Assembly: GCA_964407615.1 (NCBI GenBank)
Contig: CAYOWH010000001.1
Location: forward strand, 85,171 to 149,170
DNA length: 64,000 nucleotides
Reading direction: 5' to 3'
Source: an uncultured Bacteriovoracaceae bacterium
Lineage (GTDB): Bacteria > Bdellovibrionota > UBA2428
Part shown: piece after piece, positions 56,006-63,304 of the stretch
Layout of the letters: each line of letters opens with the position of its first letter
Position numbering within the stretch: the first letter of the stretch is position 1
Notes under the pieces: generated by a model
Seen by the model: only the letters and a program-made list of their open reading frames with translations
The model's database searches: none
What the model was told of the DNA's origin: nothing
Made by a program: the position numbers and the translations under genes

Positions 56006-56066
56006 GTAAATGTCATTTTTACAAAGAAAAACAATGTAAATATTTACACGAAAAACTGTGTAAACA
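56006..56066. promoter_or_regulatory. Cluster of TGTAAA/TTTACA hexamers including a perfect 14-bp palindrome TGTAAATATTTACA (56035-56048)
   Basis: Hexamers at 56006-11 (GTAAAT), 56018-23, 56035-40, 56043-48 and 56059-64. ACAATGTAA (56031-39) recurs inverted at 55970-78. An AT-rich tract at 55918-55965 lies between the cluster and the primase-helicase start. Confidence 0.35.
56043..56064 (-). terminator. Possible intrinsic terminator/attenuator hairpin after the guaC-like gene
   Basis: The minus strand reads TTTACAC-agtttttc-GTGTAAA followed by tatttacattgtttttc. The stem is 7 bp and AT-rich, so it is weak. It shares the TTTACA arm with the 14-bp palindrome, so alternative pairings are possible. 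Confidence 0.25.
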
Positions 56067-56080
56067 ATTACGCTATTTTT

Positions 56081-57145
56081 CTAGCTTAAATTGACATTAG
56101 ATTCTTGCCAACCATTTGTTGTGATTTTTCTAAATTCTACATTCTTTGGATTAATATCAGATAGGTCTTGTAAACCAAGATAACTAATTGCTGATTGAAT
56201 TCCATCATTAAACTTTTCTAGTAATTCTTTATAAGTATATTTTGGATTAAAGTATTGAGAGCTTTCACCTTCAACATTTTTTGCGGTACCATATTGAGCT
56301 AATTGAAAATCTTTACTAGCTTGACCTCTATATCTTTTTACCTTATCTCTTGATTTTAATTTGATAGCAGTAAACAAATCAGGTAAATCCCAACCAGCAG
56401 ATTCTTCTGTATAAGATAGTAGTTTGCCTAGCATTATATGTGTTGCACCTGCAGCAAAGTATTTAACTGCATCACCACTAGAAGTAATACCACCATCAGC
56501 AATGATCATGATTTCATCTAATAGGCTAGCTTTATTCACTGCATTATAAATATCAAAAACAGCAGATAGTTGAGGTACACCAACTCCTGTTACTAATCTT
56601 GTAGTGCAAGCAGCGCCAGGACCAATACCTACTCTTAAGTAATTGCAACCAGCGTCAATACATCTAAGTGCAGCAGATGATGTTGCAATACTTCCAGACA
56701 TAATATCTTTTACATATGAAAGTTTTCTCCATTTAGAATAAATTTCATGCATGTATTCTGTATCTCCATGAGCTACATCTACACAGATATTAATTTTTTC
56801 ATTAGGATCAATATGTGCTCGCAATTCTTCTAGAAATTTCTTTTCATATTCAAAATCTGAACTTACAGCCCACCAAAAGTTATTTTTATAGCTAGAAAAT
56901 CCAAAGAAAGCTTTTACTCTTTCTGATTCATCTATAAACCTACTTAACACTGGTAGTTGATTATTATCGATTAGCTCTCTAGTCAAGTTATAACCTGTAA
57001 CAGTATCCATTGGTGCGGAGAACATATAAGGTAAAAGAGATGCTTCTGATCTTGATTTTAAAATTCCACAATCAGGAACAAGCAATACATCTTTTACTGA
57101 AAGATTTAATTCTTTAAAAGTTTGTAAGTTTCTTTCGAAAATCAT
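56081..57145 (-). CDS. guaC: GMP reductase-like enzyme (IMPDH/GuaC family, no CBS insert), 354 aa
   Basis: VKDVLLVPDCGILKSRSEASL...FSAPMDTVTG; ICVDVAHGDTEY; catalytic-loop RVGIGPGAACTTRLVTGVGVPQLSAV; IIADGGITSSGDAVKYFAAGATHIMLG. Collinear with E. coli GuaC (about 347 aa). Confidence 0.75.
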   Translation of the reverse strand: MIFERNLQTFKELNLSVKDVLLVPDCGILKSRSEASLLPYMFSAPMDTVTGYNLTRELIDNNQLPVLSRFIDESERVKAFFGFSSYKNNFWWAVSSDFEYEKKFLEELRAHIDPNEKINICVDVAHGDTEYMHEIYSKWRKLSYVKDIMSGSIATSSAALRCIDAGCNYLRVGIGPGAACTTRLVTGVGVPQLSAVFDIYNAVNKASLLDEIMIIADGGITSSGDAVKYFAAGATHIMLGKLLSYTEESAGWDLPDLFTAIKLKSRDKVKRYRGQASKDFQLAQYGTAKNVEGESSQYFNPKYTYKELLEKFNDGIQSAISYLGLQDLSDINPKNVEFRKITTNGWQESNVNLS

Positions 57146-57423
57146 TAATTTACTCCAAAGTAAGTTAGATTTTGTTTTAGTAAGGTTTTCTTTTTTTGAT
57201 TGTTTTTTGATTCATATAACCAAAGCGTCATTGCAGAGACTTTTTTAAACTCTAAAGATATTTGTAAAAAGATATCTAAAGCTTCATTTTTAGTATCATA
57301 TGGACCATAAGTTGTTACTACTGCATTTCTTTTCAAATCTACATAGTAACTAAATTTCTCTAGGTTTCTTTTCGTTGTCATAACAGATATTTTTGTATTG
57401 GCAAAGATCACATTGCCAATCAC
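57145..57423 (-). CDS. Hypothetical small protein (92 aa from GTG 57423, or 78 aa from ATG 57381)
   Basis: The ORF overlaps the 3' end of the upstream nuclease gene. The start is uncertain because no clear RBS precedes either candidate. Confidence 0.45.
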   Translation of the reverse strand: MIGNVIFANTKISVMTTKRNLEKFSYYVDLKRNAVVTTYGPYDTKNEALDIFLQISLEFKKVSAMTLWLYESKNNQKKKTLLKQNLTYFGVN

Positions 57424-58375
57424 CCTTTTCTACTTGTTTATTTAATTTTTCTTTACCTTCTGCAATTTGAGCAAGTCGCTTTTCATATTGTGCAGTTTCG
57501 GTTTTGTTAAGTTCATTTCTTTCATAAAGCAAATGAATCTTTTCATCAGAATAAGCTAATTCATAATCTCTACTTGGAATAGTACCTGAATCAACACAAT
57601 CCTTAATATATTTGTATTGAGCACAAATACTTTGCATTGTAATTCCAGAGTTAACTTTTTCTGTAGTTACTGGATTATTACCTTGATAAAAAATATAATC
57701 TAGGTCATCTTCTGCTTTCTCTACAGTAATTTTGTATTCTGCATATCTTCCAGTATCTCTAGATCCATAAATCAACAATGCTTCTGCAAAATCATCATGC
57801 ACATTACCATACCACCATTGATACAATCCAATTTGCATTAAGTGAGATTCTCTAGGTTTTCCAAGTTCACCTTTTTTGTGATCACTTGAAGTTCCCATTA
57901 CACTATTTGCATTAAAACCATATACTGATTTAACTTCAATAATATGATATTTATGTGTTTCTGGATTAATTACAACCAAGTCTATTTTACCTGAAACATT
58001 AAGTTTAGGAATATACACTGCAACTTGTGTTGCAATAAACACTCCTGCTTCCTTAGCTAAATCAACGCAGTATTGCTCATAAATTTCACCTTGTTTCCAA
58101 ATCCATTTTACATAAGTATCTGGAGGGATAGAAGTTTTATGTAGAGCTTTTACTAAATCTAAATCTTTTGAATAAGTTTCATCATCAAATGAATATAAAT
58201 CCATAAGATATCTAAAATAGTTTGCTCTTCTGCATTTTCCAACTACTTCTTGTTCTCCATGAGAATTAGTAATAATTGAAGTTGCTTCTGAAGGCCATTG
58301 TGTAGGGTGCTTTTGCTCGTCTAAAATTCGTCTATCTAAATAATTTGTAATATGGTTAATGAAGGACCAAGCCAT
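57350..58375 (-). CDS. Cas4/RecB-family PD-(D/E)XK exonuclease with Fe-S cysteine staple (341 aa)
   Basis: N-terminal Cys (VVGKCRRANYF). Catalytic GKIDLVVINPETHKYHIIEVKS (D...E.K). QxxxY in HLMQIGLYQWW. C-terminal WQCDLCQYKNIC is the canonical CX2CX5C. Confidence 0.65.
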   Translation of the reverse strand: MAWSFINHITNYLDRRILDEQKHPTQWPSEATSIITNSHGEQEVVGKCRRANYFRYLMDLYSFDDETYSKDLDLVKALHKTSIPPDTYVKWIWKQGEIYEQYCVDLAKEAGVFIATQVAVYIPKLNVSGKIDLVVINPETHKYHIIEVKSVYGFNANSVMGTSSDHKKGELGKPRESHLMQIGLYQWWYGNVHDDFAEALLIYGSRDTGRYAEYKITVEKAEDDLDYIFYQGNNPVTTEKVNSGITMQSICAQYKYIKDCVDSGTIPSRDYELAYSDEKIHLLYERNELNKTETAQYEKRLAQIAEGKEKLNKQVEKGDWQCDLCQYKNICYDNEKKPREI

Positions 58376-58686
58376 TATAGTTTAATTCTTTCTTGAATTT
58401 CTTTTTGCATTTCATTAATTGTTTCTGTAACTTTTGCTTTTAATTCAGGATTTTCATTCATCTCTTTATAAGATTCATCAATTTCTTCAAGTCGCTTCTT
58501 TTGAAAATCTTGGAATCCTTCCATGTTGATTTCAATCTTTTGTTCTGCAAGTTTTTCATAAAGATATTCTACAAGCATAGATAATTGAAGCATTGCATTG
58601 AAGTTATATTCAATTCTCATTTCGTGAGCTTGAAGGATATTAACAAGTTCTTGAACTTTTTCTTGTGTTGATTTTTGTGCGTCCAT
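58375..58686 (-). CDS. Acidic coiled-coil protein (103 aa)
   Basis: ORF with a 1-nt overlap to the next gene. Helical E/K/Q-rich sequence. Confidence 0.55.
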   Translation of the reverse strand: MDAQKSTQEKVQELVNILQAHEMRIEYNFNAMLQLSMLVEYLYEKLAEQKIEINMEGFQDFQKKRLEEIDESYKEMNENPELKAKVTETINEMQKEIQERIKL

Positions 58687-59790
58687 TTAGAGAGCACCTT
58701 TCTTAACTGGTAAATGTGTACCTAGGTACACTGGAGTGGAATAGTTAAAGTCTGTGTTGCCATTAGAGTCATGGTAAATAATAGCATAACCATTAACAGC
58801 GTTTTTAAATTTAAGATCTGCTTTGAATTGATAAGGTAATCTATGAGCCATAGCACCTTGTTCAATCAAAAGTTTGTTACCTACAATCCCTTTATATTGT
58901 TTATGTGTATGTCCAACAACAATAGAGTCAAATTCATCATTCTTTAGTCTTGCAGAAAAATGATCTAAGAGTTTGACTACTGTTGCTCCAGGATAAGAAT
59001 TGGAGAAACCATCTGGATGACAGAAAATAGTTTTCCCTATTCTTACATACCAAGAATCAAATCTTTCATAAACAACATTTGAGAAATCATGTTTCTTTAC
59101 AAGATTTCCAAATTTATCTAGCTCTTCTCCTGAAGCAATTCTTGCTAAAAGATCAGGTCTAAAAACTTGAGAAGCTTCTTGTTCAAAACCATTAGATGCT
59201 AAAGCTCTAGAGGTTCTAGCATCATGATTTCCAGAAACAATTACTACCTTAGTAAAATTGCATGATAAGAAATATACAAGATCAAAAGCAGCCATATATT
59301 CTTTAATAGCAGCTACTCTTTTAGATTTTGCATATGTACTAAAAATATATCCATCAAGGATATCACCATTAAGAACGACAATATCTGCGTCTGAATGAAC
59401 TTGACAGGCTCTTTTAATTTCTTCATGCATAAAGAATGGTATATGTAAATCACTAAATGTCAAGATCTTTCTTGTTTGATGATCTGTAATACCTATCTTT
59501 ATTTGCTCTGATTCTAAAGCATATTCTTCAATACATTCGGCTATATGATCCCAACGTTCTTGAAAGGGATCATCTTTAGGTTGTACAAGTACAGGATATT
59601 CAGAGATTCTTCCTCTATAAATTCTATTTCTTACTGCATCAGGACTTCTAATTGAAATAAACCCTGGAACTTTTTTAGAATAGTATTCATTAATAATTTG
59701 TGAAATTTCTAAAGGATTTTTTATATGTTGATATTTAAAAAGGATTTGATCCTCTTGTGGAGTCCATAGATAAGTCTTCTTGTCTGTCAT
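58687..59790 (-). CDS. Myb/SANT-like HTH fused to calcineurin-like metallophosphoesterase (367 aa from ATG 59790)
   Basis: N-terminal YLWTPQEDQILFKY...IRSPDAVRNRIYR fits the pattern W..eED..L...R....R. MPE motifs: FSDLHIP (DxH), LNGDILDG (GDxxD), VSGNHDAR (GNHD) and VVGHTHKQ (GHxH). The track ORF starts at TTG 59826. Confidence 0.65.
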   Translation of the reverse strand: MTDKKTYLWTPQEDQILFKYQHIKNPLEISQIINEYYSKKVPGFISIRSPDAVRNRIYRGRISEYPVLVQPKDDPFQERWDHIAECIEEYALESEQIKIGITDHQTRKILTFSDLHIPFFMHEEIKRACQVHSDADIVVLNGDILDGYIFSTYAKSKRVAAIKEYMAAFDLVYFLSCNFTKVVIVSGNHDARTSRALASNGFEQEASQVFRPDLLARIASGEELDKFGNLVKKHDFSNVVYERFDSWYVRIGKTIFCHPDGFSNSYPGATVVKLLDHFSARLKNDEFDSIVVGHTHKQYKGIVGNKLLIEQGAMAHRLPYQFKADLKFKNAVNGYAIIYHDSNGNTDFNYSTPVYLGTHLPVKKGAL

Positions 59791-61033
59791 CTTTATTCCA
59801 TTGGTGTTTGTAAAACTTATTTGCAATAAGTTTTATATCTGGTTCAGTTGATTCTACTTTAACTTCAGCGATTATAATATCACCTTCTTGAATTTGTAAA
59901 GCAGCATATTCTTCATATTTATGTGGAAAGACTACAAGTTCTGCAGCACGAGTTGAATCATCAATATCTAGAATTGCCATTTTCTTGCCAGCTTTAGTAT
60001 TGATGATTCTTTGTGAAAGAATTACTCCTGCTACTTTATATTTAAAATTCTCTTCTACAGATTCTAAATCTTCTCTATCTATGTTCGTCATATTGATTGG
60101 ATGTCCACCAATATAACAACCAATATAAGATGCTTGATCTAGGATTTCCTTTAGATTTATTGGTACGGTTTTAACTCTATTAAAAGTTGGTAAATCTGGT
60201 AATTCTTTTTCTTTTAAATCTACAGCTTTTTTTAATTCCATTTCTTCTAATGGAAGTAAATCTTCTTCTAATTGTGTAATTTTATTTTGAAGTTGAATAT
60301 CATCTGGAGATTTAGTCAACTTTTTCTTTGCTTTTATTAACTCATTTCTTAAGAAATTTCTTTTTTCAATTAAAGGTAGAATCTCTTCATTCCTTTTATT
60401 TCTCTCTATAATATCTAATTTTCTTTGATTAAATTCTTCTACATCTTTTAAGTAAGAATAAATAGAATCTACATTTTCTAATAATTCTGAGCGTACATAA
60501 CCTAATTTATCAAATGCACCTGCTTTAACTAAACCTTGAAAAACTTTAGTATTAACCTTTTGAGTATTTACTCTATTGATAAAATCCCAAACATCTTTGA
60601 ATGGTGTATTCCCGCGTGCAGTAATAATATATTTTGCTGCAGTACCACCAACATCTCTAATAGCGTTTAATCCAAAATAAATTTCATTATCATGGATAGT
60701 AAACTCAAAACTACTGCGATTAATATCAGGTGGGAATATATCAACCCCAAAATGTTTTGCTTCATTAATATACTCTGGAGCCTTAATAGCCCAAGTTTTT
60801 GGTTGTAAAGTTTTAGATCTAGTGCTCATTAATGCAGTAAAGAATTCTACTGGATAATTAGCTTTTAAATAAGCAGTTACATATGTAAGTACAGAATAAG
60901 AAACTGAATGTGCTTTGTTAAAACAATTTGAAACGACTACACCATTTTCTAATTGAAAATCATGATGTGGCGAATCAACACTAATATCATATACAGGTTG
61001 TTGACCTATAAAAGTTTTTGATTTTATTTGCAT
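59735..61033 (-). CDS. dnaE: DNA polymerase III alpha (DnaE) C-terminal half preceded by a split-intein C fragment (432 aa)
   Basis: After residue 36 the sequence [34 protein letters not shown] is the conserved Pol III alpha fingers segment. It is followed by PPDINRS, the HhH motif [17 protein letters not shown] and an OB fold ([37 protein letters not shown]). No PHP or palm region is present. Confidence 0.85.
   Translation of the reverse strand: [432 protein letters not shown]
60926..61033 (-). mobile_element. Split intein C-terminal fragment (IntC, 36 aa: [36 protein letters not shown]), followed by the +1 Cys
   Basis: Intein block F (VYDISV..HHDF) and block G (NGVVVSN), with the terminal Asn and a Cys+1 extein residue. 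It is nearly collinear with cyanobacterial DnaE IntC ([42 protein letters not shown]). Confidence 0.8.
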
Positions 61034-61036
61034 AAT

Positions 61037-61528
61037 TTATTTATATAAAATTGTAATTGTTGAATTTGGAATATAACTTGTTGCACTATTGTATGGTATA
61101 TTGATAGGAAGTGTTCCAGATACATTAACAAGTCCCAATTTGACTGATCTAATGGATGCTGATGAAAAAAGCATCAAGAAACAATCGACTGATGCAAACC
61201 AAACGCCTGAAGTACTTCCAGCCCGCATGATACAAAGTCCATAGGCTTGATGGTCTACTAAAGCATTTGAGGCATCCAGAAATGATGGTTGGGGTGCATT
61301 ATTTGTAGATCCTGTATTTACTGCTTGCACAATCAAATTTGATTTAACAAAAAATTCCATATTTGCTGGGAAATTGATGAAGTTGTTCGTGATACTAATT
61401 TGACCCCCAGTATCTACTAAAATGTTCCCAAGATTTATAGCGGTTGTATTAGATGCGATATTTAATGTCTCAAGGATTTCAATCTCACAAATGTGACAAT
61501 CAATGTATGGGATAGGCTGAAAACTCAT
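61037..61528 (-). CDS. Small beta-rich knob-like protein (163 aa from ATG 61528)
   Basis: The track start is TTG 61543. ATG 61528 forms an ATGA overlap with the upstream stop. S/T/N/A/G/V-rich with few charges. Its stop lies 3 nt before the dnaE-C ATG. Confidence 0.55.
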   Translation of the reverse strand: MSFQPIPYIDCHICEIEILETLNIASNTTAINLGNILVDTGGQISITNNFINFPANMEFFVKSNLIVQAVNTGSTNNAPQPSFLDASNALVDHQAYGLCIMRAGSTSGVWFASVDCFLMLFSSASIRSVKLGLVNVSGTLPINIPYNSATSYIPNSTITILYK

Positions 61529-61944
61529 GATATTGCTCCACAAGAAATGACAAAAACATTTAGATTATCAGCGGTCACAACATCCCCCGTATCAAGGATT
61601 GATGAAGTTATTTGTGTCGGCTTATCTTGATATGTAAGAGCAACAATAGGTTGCATAGTGGAGGATGATTTATGAGCAAGAGATGCACCAATTCGAGTGT
61701 TTGAACTATGACCTGAAGGGGATAAACCAATACGAGCAAGCACATAGTTTGTATCACTATCGTTTGTTGCTCTAGCCATGATTTGAATCACAGATTGACT
61801 AGCAATATGTGTTTGACTAGCATTATGAAAGCATGGCATATTAATACTTCGTTGAAATGGATTACTAACAATTGCACCTAGAGTACAAGAACTTGTACTA
61901 TTATCTAGAAAATAGACGGTTTGAGGTGTTGGCAAATATGACAT
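61525..61944 (-). CDS. Small beta-rich protein (139 aa)
   Basis: The start shares 1 nt with the upstream stop (TAATG). Same composition class as its neighbours. N-terminus MSYLPTP resembles MSYMIKH and MSFQPIP of the adjacent ORFs. Confidence 0.55.
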   Translation of the reverse strand: MSYLPTPQTVYFLDNSTSSCTLGAIVSNPFQRSINMPCFHNASQTHIASQSVIQIMARATNDSDTNYVLARIGLSPSGHSSNTRIGASLAHKSSSTMQPIVALTYQDKPTQITSSILDTGDVVTADNLNVFVISCGAIS

Positions 61945-62429
61945 TATGCAATCTCCAAAATAAAGGCACGAGAGGCACCACTATTGACGGTATCAACATA
62001 GAGAGCGCCCGTATCTCTTGAGTAGAGAAAAGAAATATAATCCCCCGCTGATGCTGATACGACTGCTGTTGCTACATTGATCGGTGTAATCCAAGCACCA
62101 CTACCAACCGCCCCGCTTGTTGTAACGGCTTGAACGGTTGGTTGTGCTGAGACGGTCACACCATTCTTTTGGATAAAAACTTGTGCACCTCTATTTTCGG
62201 TACCATTTGAAATACCTACCTTATAATAGATGATGTATGTTTTCCCAGCAACTAAGGTGATTTGATTATTAGCAAGTGTTAATCCCATATCATTGCTTTG
62301 AACAAGAGTATCTAGTGAAAGTGTTAGATTTCGGGGTACACCTGTTGAAATCGTGTAATTGGTAGTGAAAAAAGCGGTTGCCATCTTAAAAGGTTTTGCA
62401 TTTATAGAATGTTTAATCATGTAACTCAT
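61944..62429 (-). CDS. C1q/TNF-like (BclA C-terminal-domain-like) jelly-roll protein (161 aa)
   Basis: TAFFTTNYTISTGVPRNLTLSLDTLVQSNDMGLTLANNQITLVAGKTYIIYYKVGIS...QVFIQKNGVTVSAQ...ISFLYS...SRAFILEIA follows the BclA-CTD/C1q pattern (..aG.Y.I.y.v.....v.l..NG..v....a.l.I..ia). Confidence 0.45.
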   Translation of the reverse strand: MSYMIKHSINAKPFKMATAFFTTNYTISTGVPRNLTLSLDTLVQSNDMGLTLANNQITLVAGKTYIIYYKVGISNGTENRGAQVFIQKNGVTVSAQPTVQAVTTSGAVGSGAWITPINVATAVVSASAGDYISFLYSRDTGALYVDTVNSGASRAFILEIA

Positions 62430-62440
62430 AATAAAAAATC

Positions 62441-62923
62441 CTAACAGATAATCCAGTTAGCATCATTAGAACGAACTGTTAAATTTCCCCATTGTGTAGG
62501 AATAGAGATGCTTGATAACCCGCTAATCGTTTGAGCGGATACCGTCGCAACAGTTACGGCCCCCGTATTAACCCTAGTAATATGATATGTTAAGCCATTG
62601 TTTCCTACGGCGGTTGGTAGTGTAAAGGTTAAAGCGCTTGTACTGTCCATTGTATAATGTTCTTCATATACAGAAGATGCGACGGGATCAGGGATCGCAA
62701 AGTTACTAGTCTTATTTGTGATTGTAATTCTGGCACCACCACCACTTGAAATAGTACTTGGTTTCCATAACGAAGTTGAACTTTCCCAAACAAGAGCTTG
62801 TCCATTTGTAGGTGCAATACTTGAAGTATTTACATCTAAAAGTGCATCAATTGATGTTGCATTGATTCTAGTAGTAATTGTAGAATTCAAATCACCAATT
62901 TGTTTAGATTTTATTTGTGCCAT
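62441..62923 (-). CDS. Small fibre-tip-like protein (160 aa)
   Basis: N-terminal IDALLDVNTSSIAPTNGQALVWESSTSLWKPS is a fibre-shaft-type motif (L.DV....p..GQ.L.W....W.p). C-terminal ALTFTLPTAVGNNGLTYHITRVNTGAVTVAT...WGNLTVRSNDANWII is typical of receptor-binding tips. AGGA RBS. Confidence 0.45.
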   Translation of the reverse strand: MAQIKSKQIGDLNSTITTRINATSIDALLDVNTSSIAPTNGQALVWESSTSLWKPSTISSGGGARITITNKTSNFAIPDPVASSVYEEHYTMDSTSALTFTLPTAVGNNGLTYHITRVNTGAVTVATVSAQTISGLSSISIPTQWGNLTVRSNDANWIIC

Positions 62924-63304
62924 TTAAACAATCCTATAATAAATGATAGCTCTAGAAGTTAAACTTGTTAAATTAGTATAACTTCTTGTTAAGGAACTAG
63001 TTGTAGTAATTAAACCAATATCTAATATACCTCTAATGAACTTACCATCTGCTTTTACATAAGTATTATATGTATCATAAAAAGTTCTAGATGAATTATT
63101 ATTATAAGTTGTAGTTATAATATTTGAAGCCGCAGTATTATCTAAATAAGTATTAATATTTTGTTGCAAATATTTATAGATGCTACTGGATGCTGTTTCG
63201 TAATTATTTGATATTGTAATATCTGAAGGATTATTTGTAGTTTGAGTATAATCAGAATTAATACTTACTGGAGAAAGATAAGAAGATACATTAATCCAAG
63301 TCAT
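62924..63304 (-). CDS. Small N/T/S/Y-rich protein (126 aa)
   Basis: TAAATG junctions on both sides. The MTWINVSS N-terminus resembles MTFINLQS of the next ORF. Confidence 0.5.
   Translation of the reverse strand: MTWINVSSYLSPVSINSDYTQTTNNPSDITISNNYETASSSIYKYLQQNINTYLDNTAASNIITTTYNNNSSRTFYDTYNTYVKADGKFIRGILDIGLITTTSSLTRSYTNLTSLTSRAIIYYRIV

Noticed and set aside
56081-57145. Possibility that the IMPDH/GuaC-family gene is also split or intein-containing, as in metagenomic IMPDH split inteins
   Set aside because: The ORF is collinear with full-length GuaC from the N-terminal KDVLL.P motif to the C-terminus. It has no intein blocks and no extra length.
207-62927. About 18 other short track ORFs (60-94 aa) nested antisense or out of frame within large genes. 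Examples: 207-395, 2367-2651, 4579-4779, 8315-8497, 10783-10989, 11735-11962, 14503-14718, 18867-19229, 23655-23921, 30374-30574, 31340-31531, 32445-32687, 43980-44201, 54632-54820, 55490-55753, 62629-62817 and 62718-62927.
   Set aside because: All are fully embedded in much longer ORFs that have recognisable motifs or operon coupling. They have low-complexity hydrophobic or Ser-rich translations, as expected from AT-rich antisense sequence. None has independent start signals.
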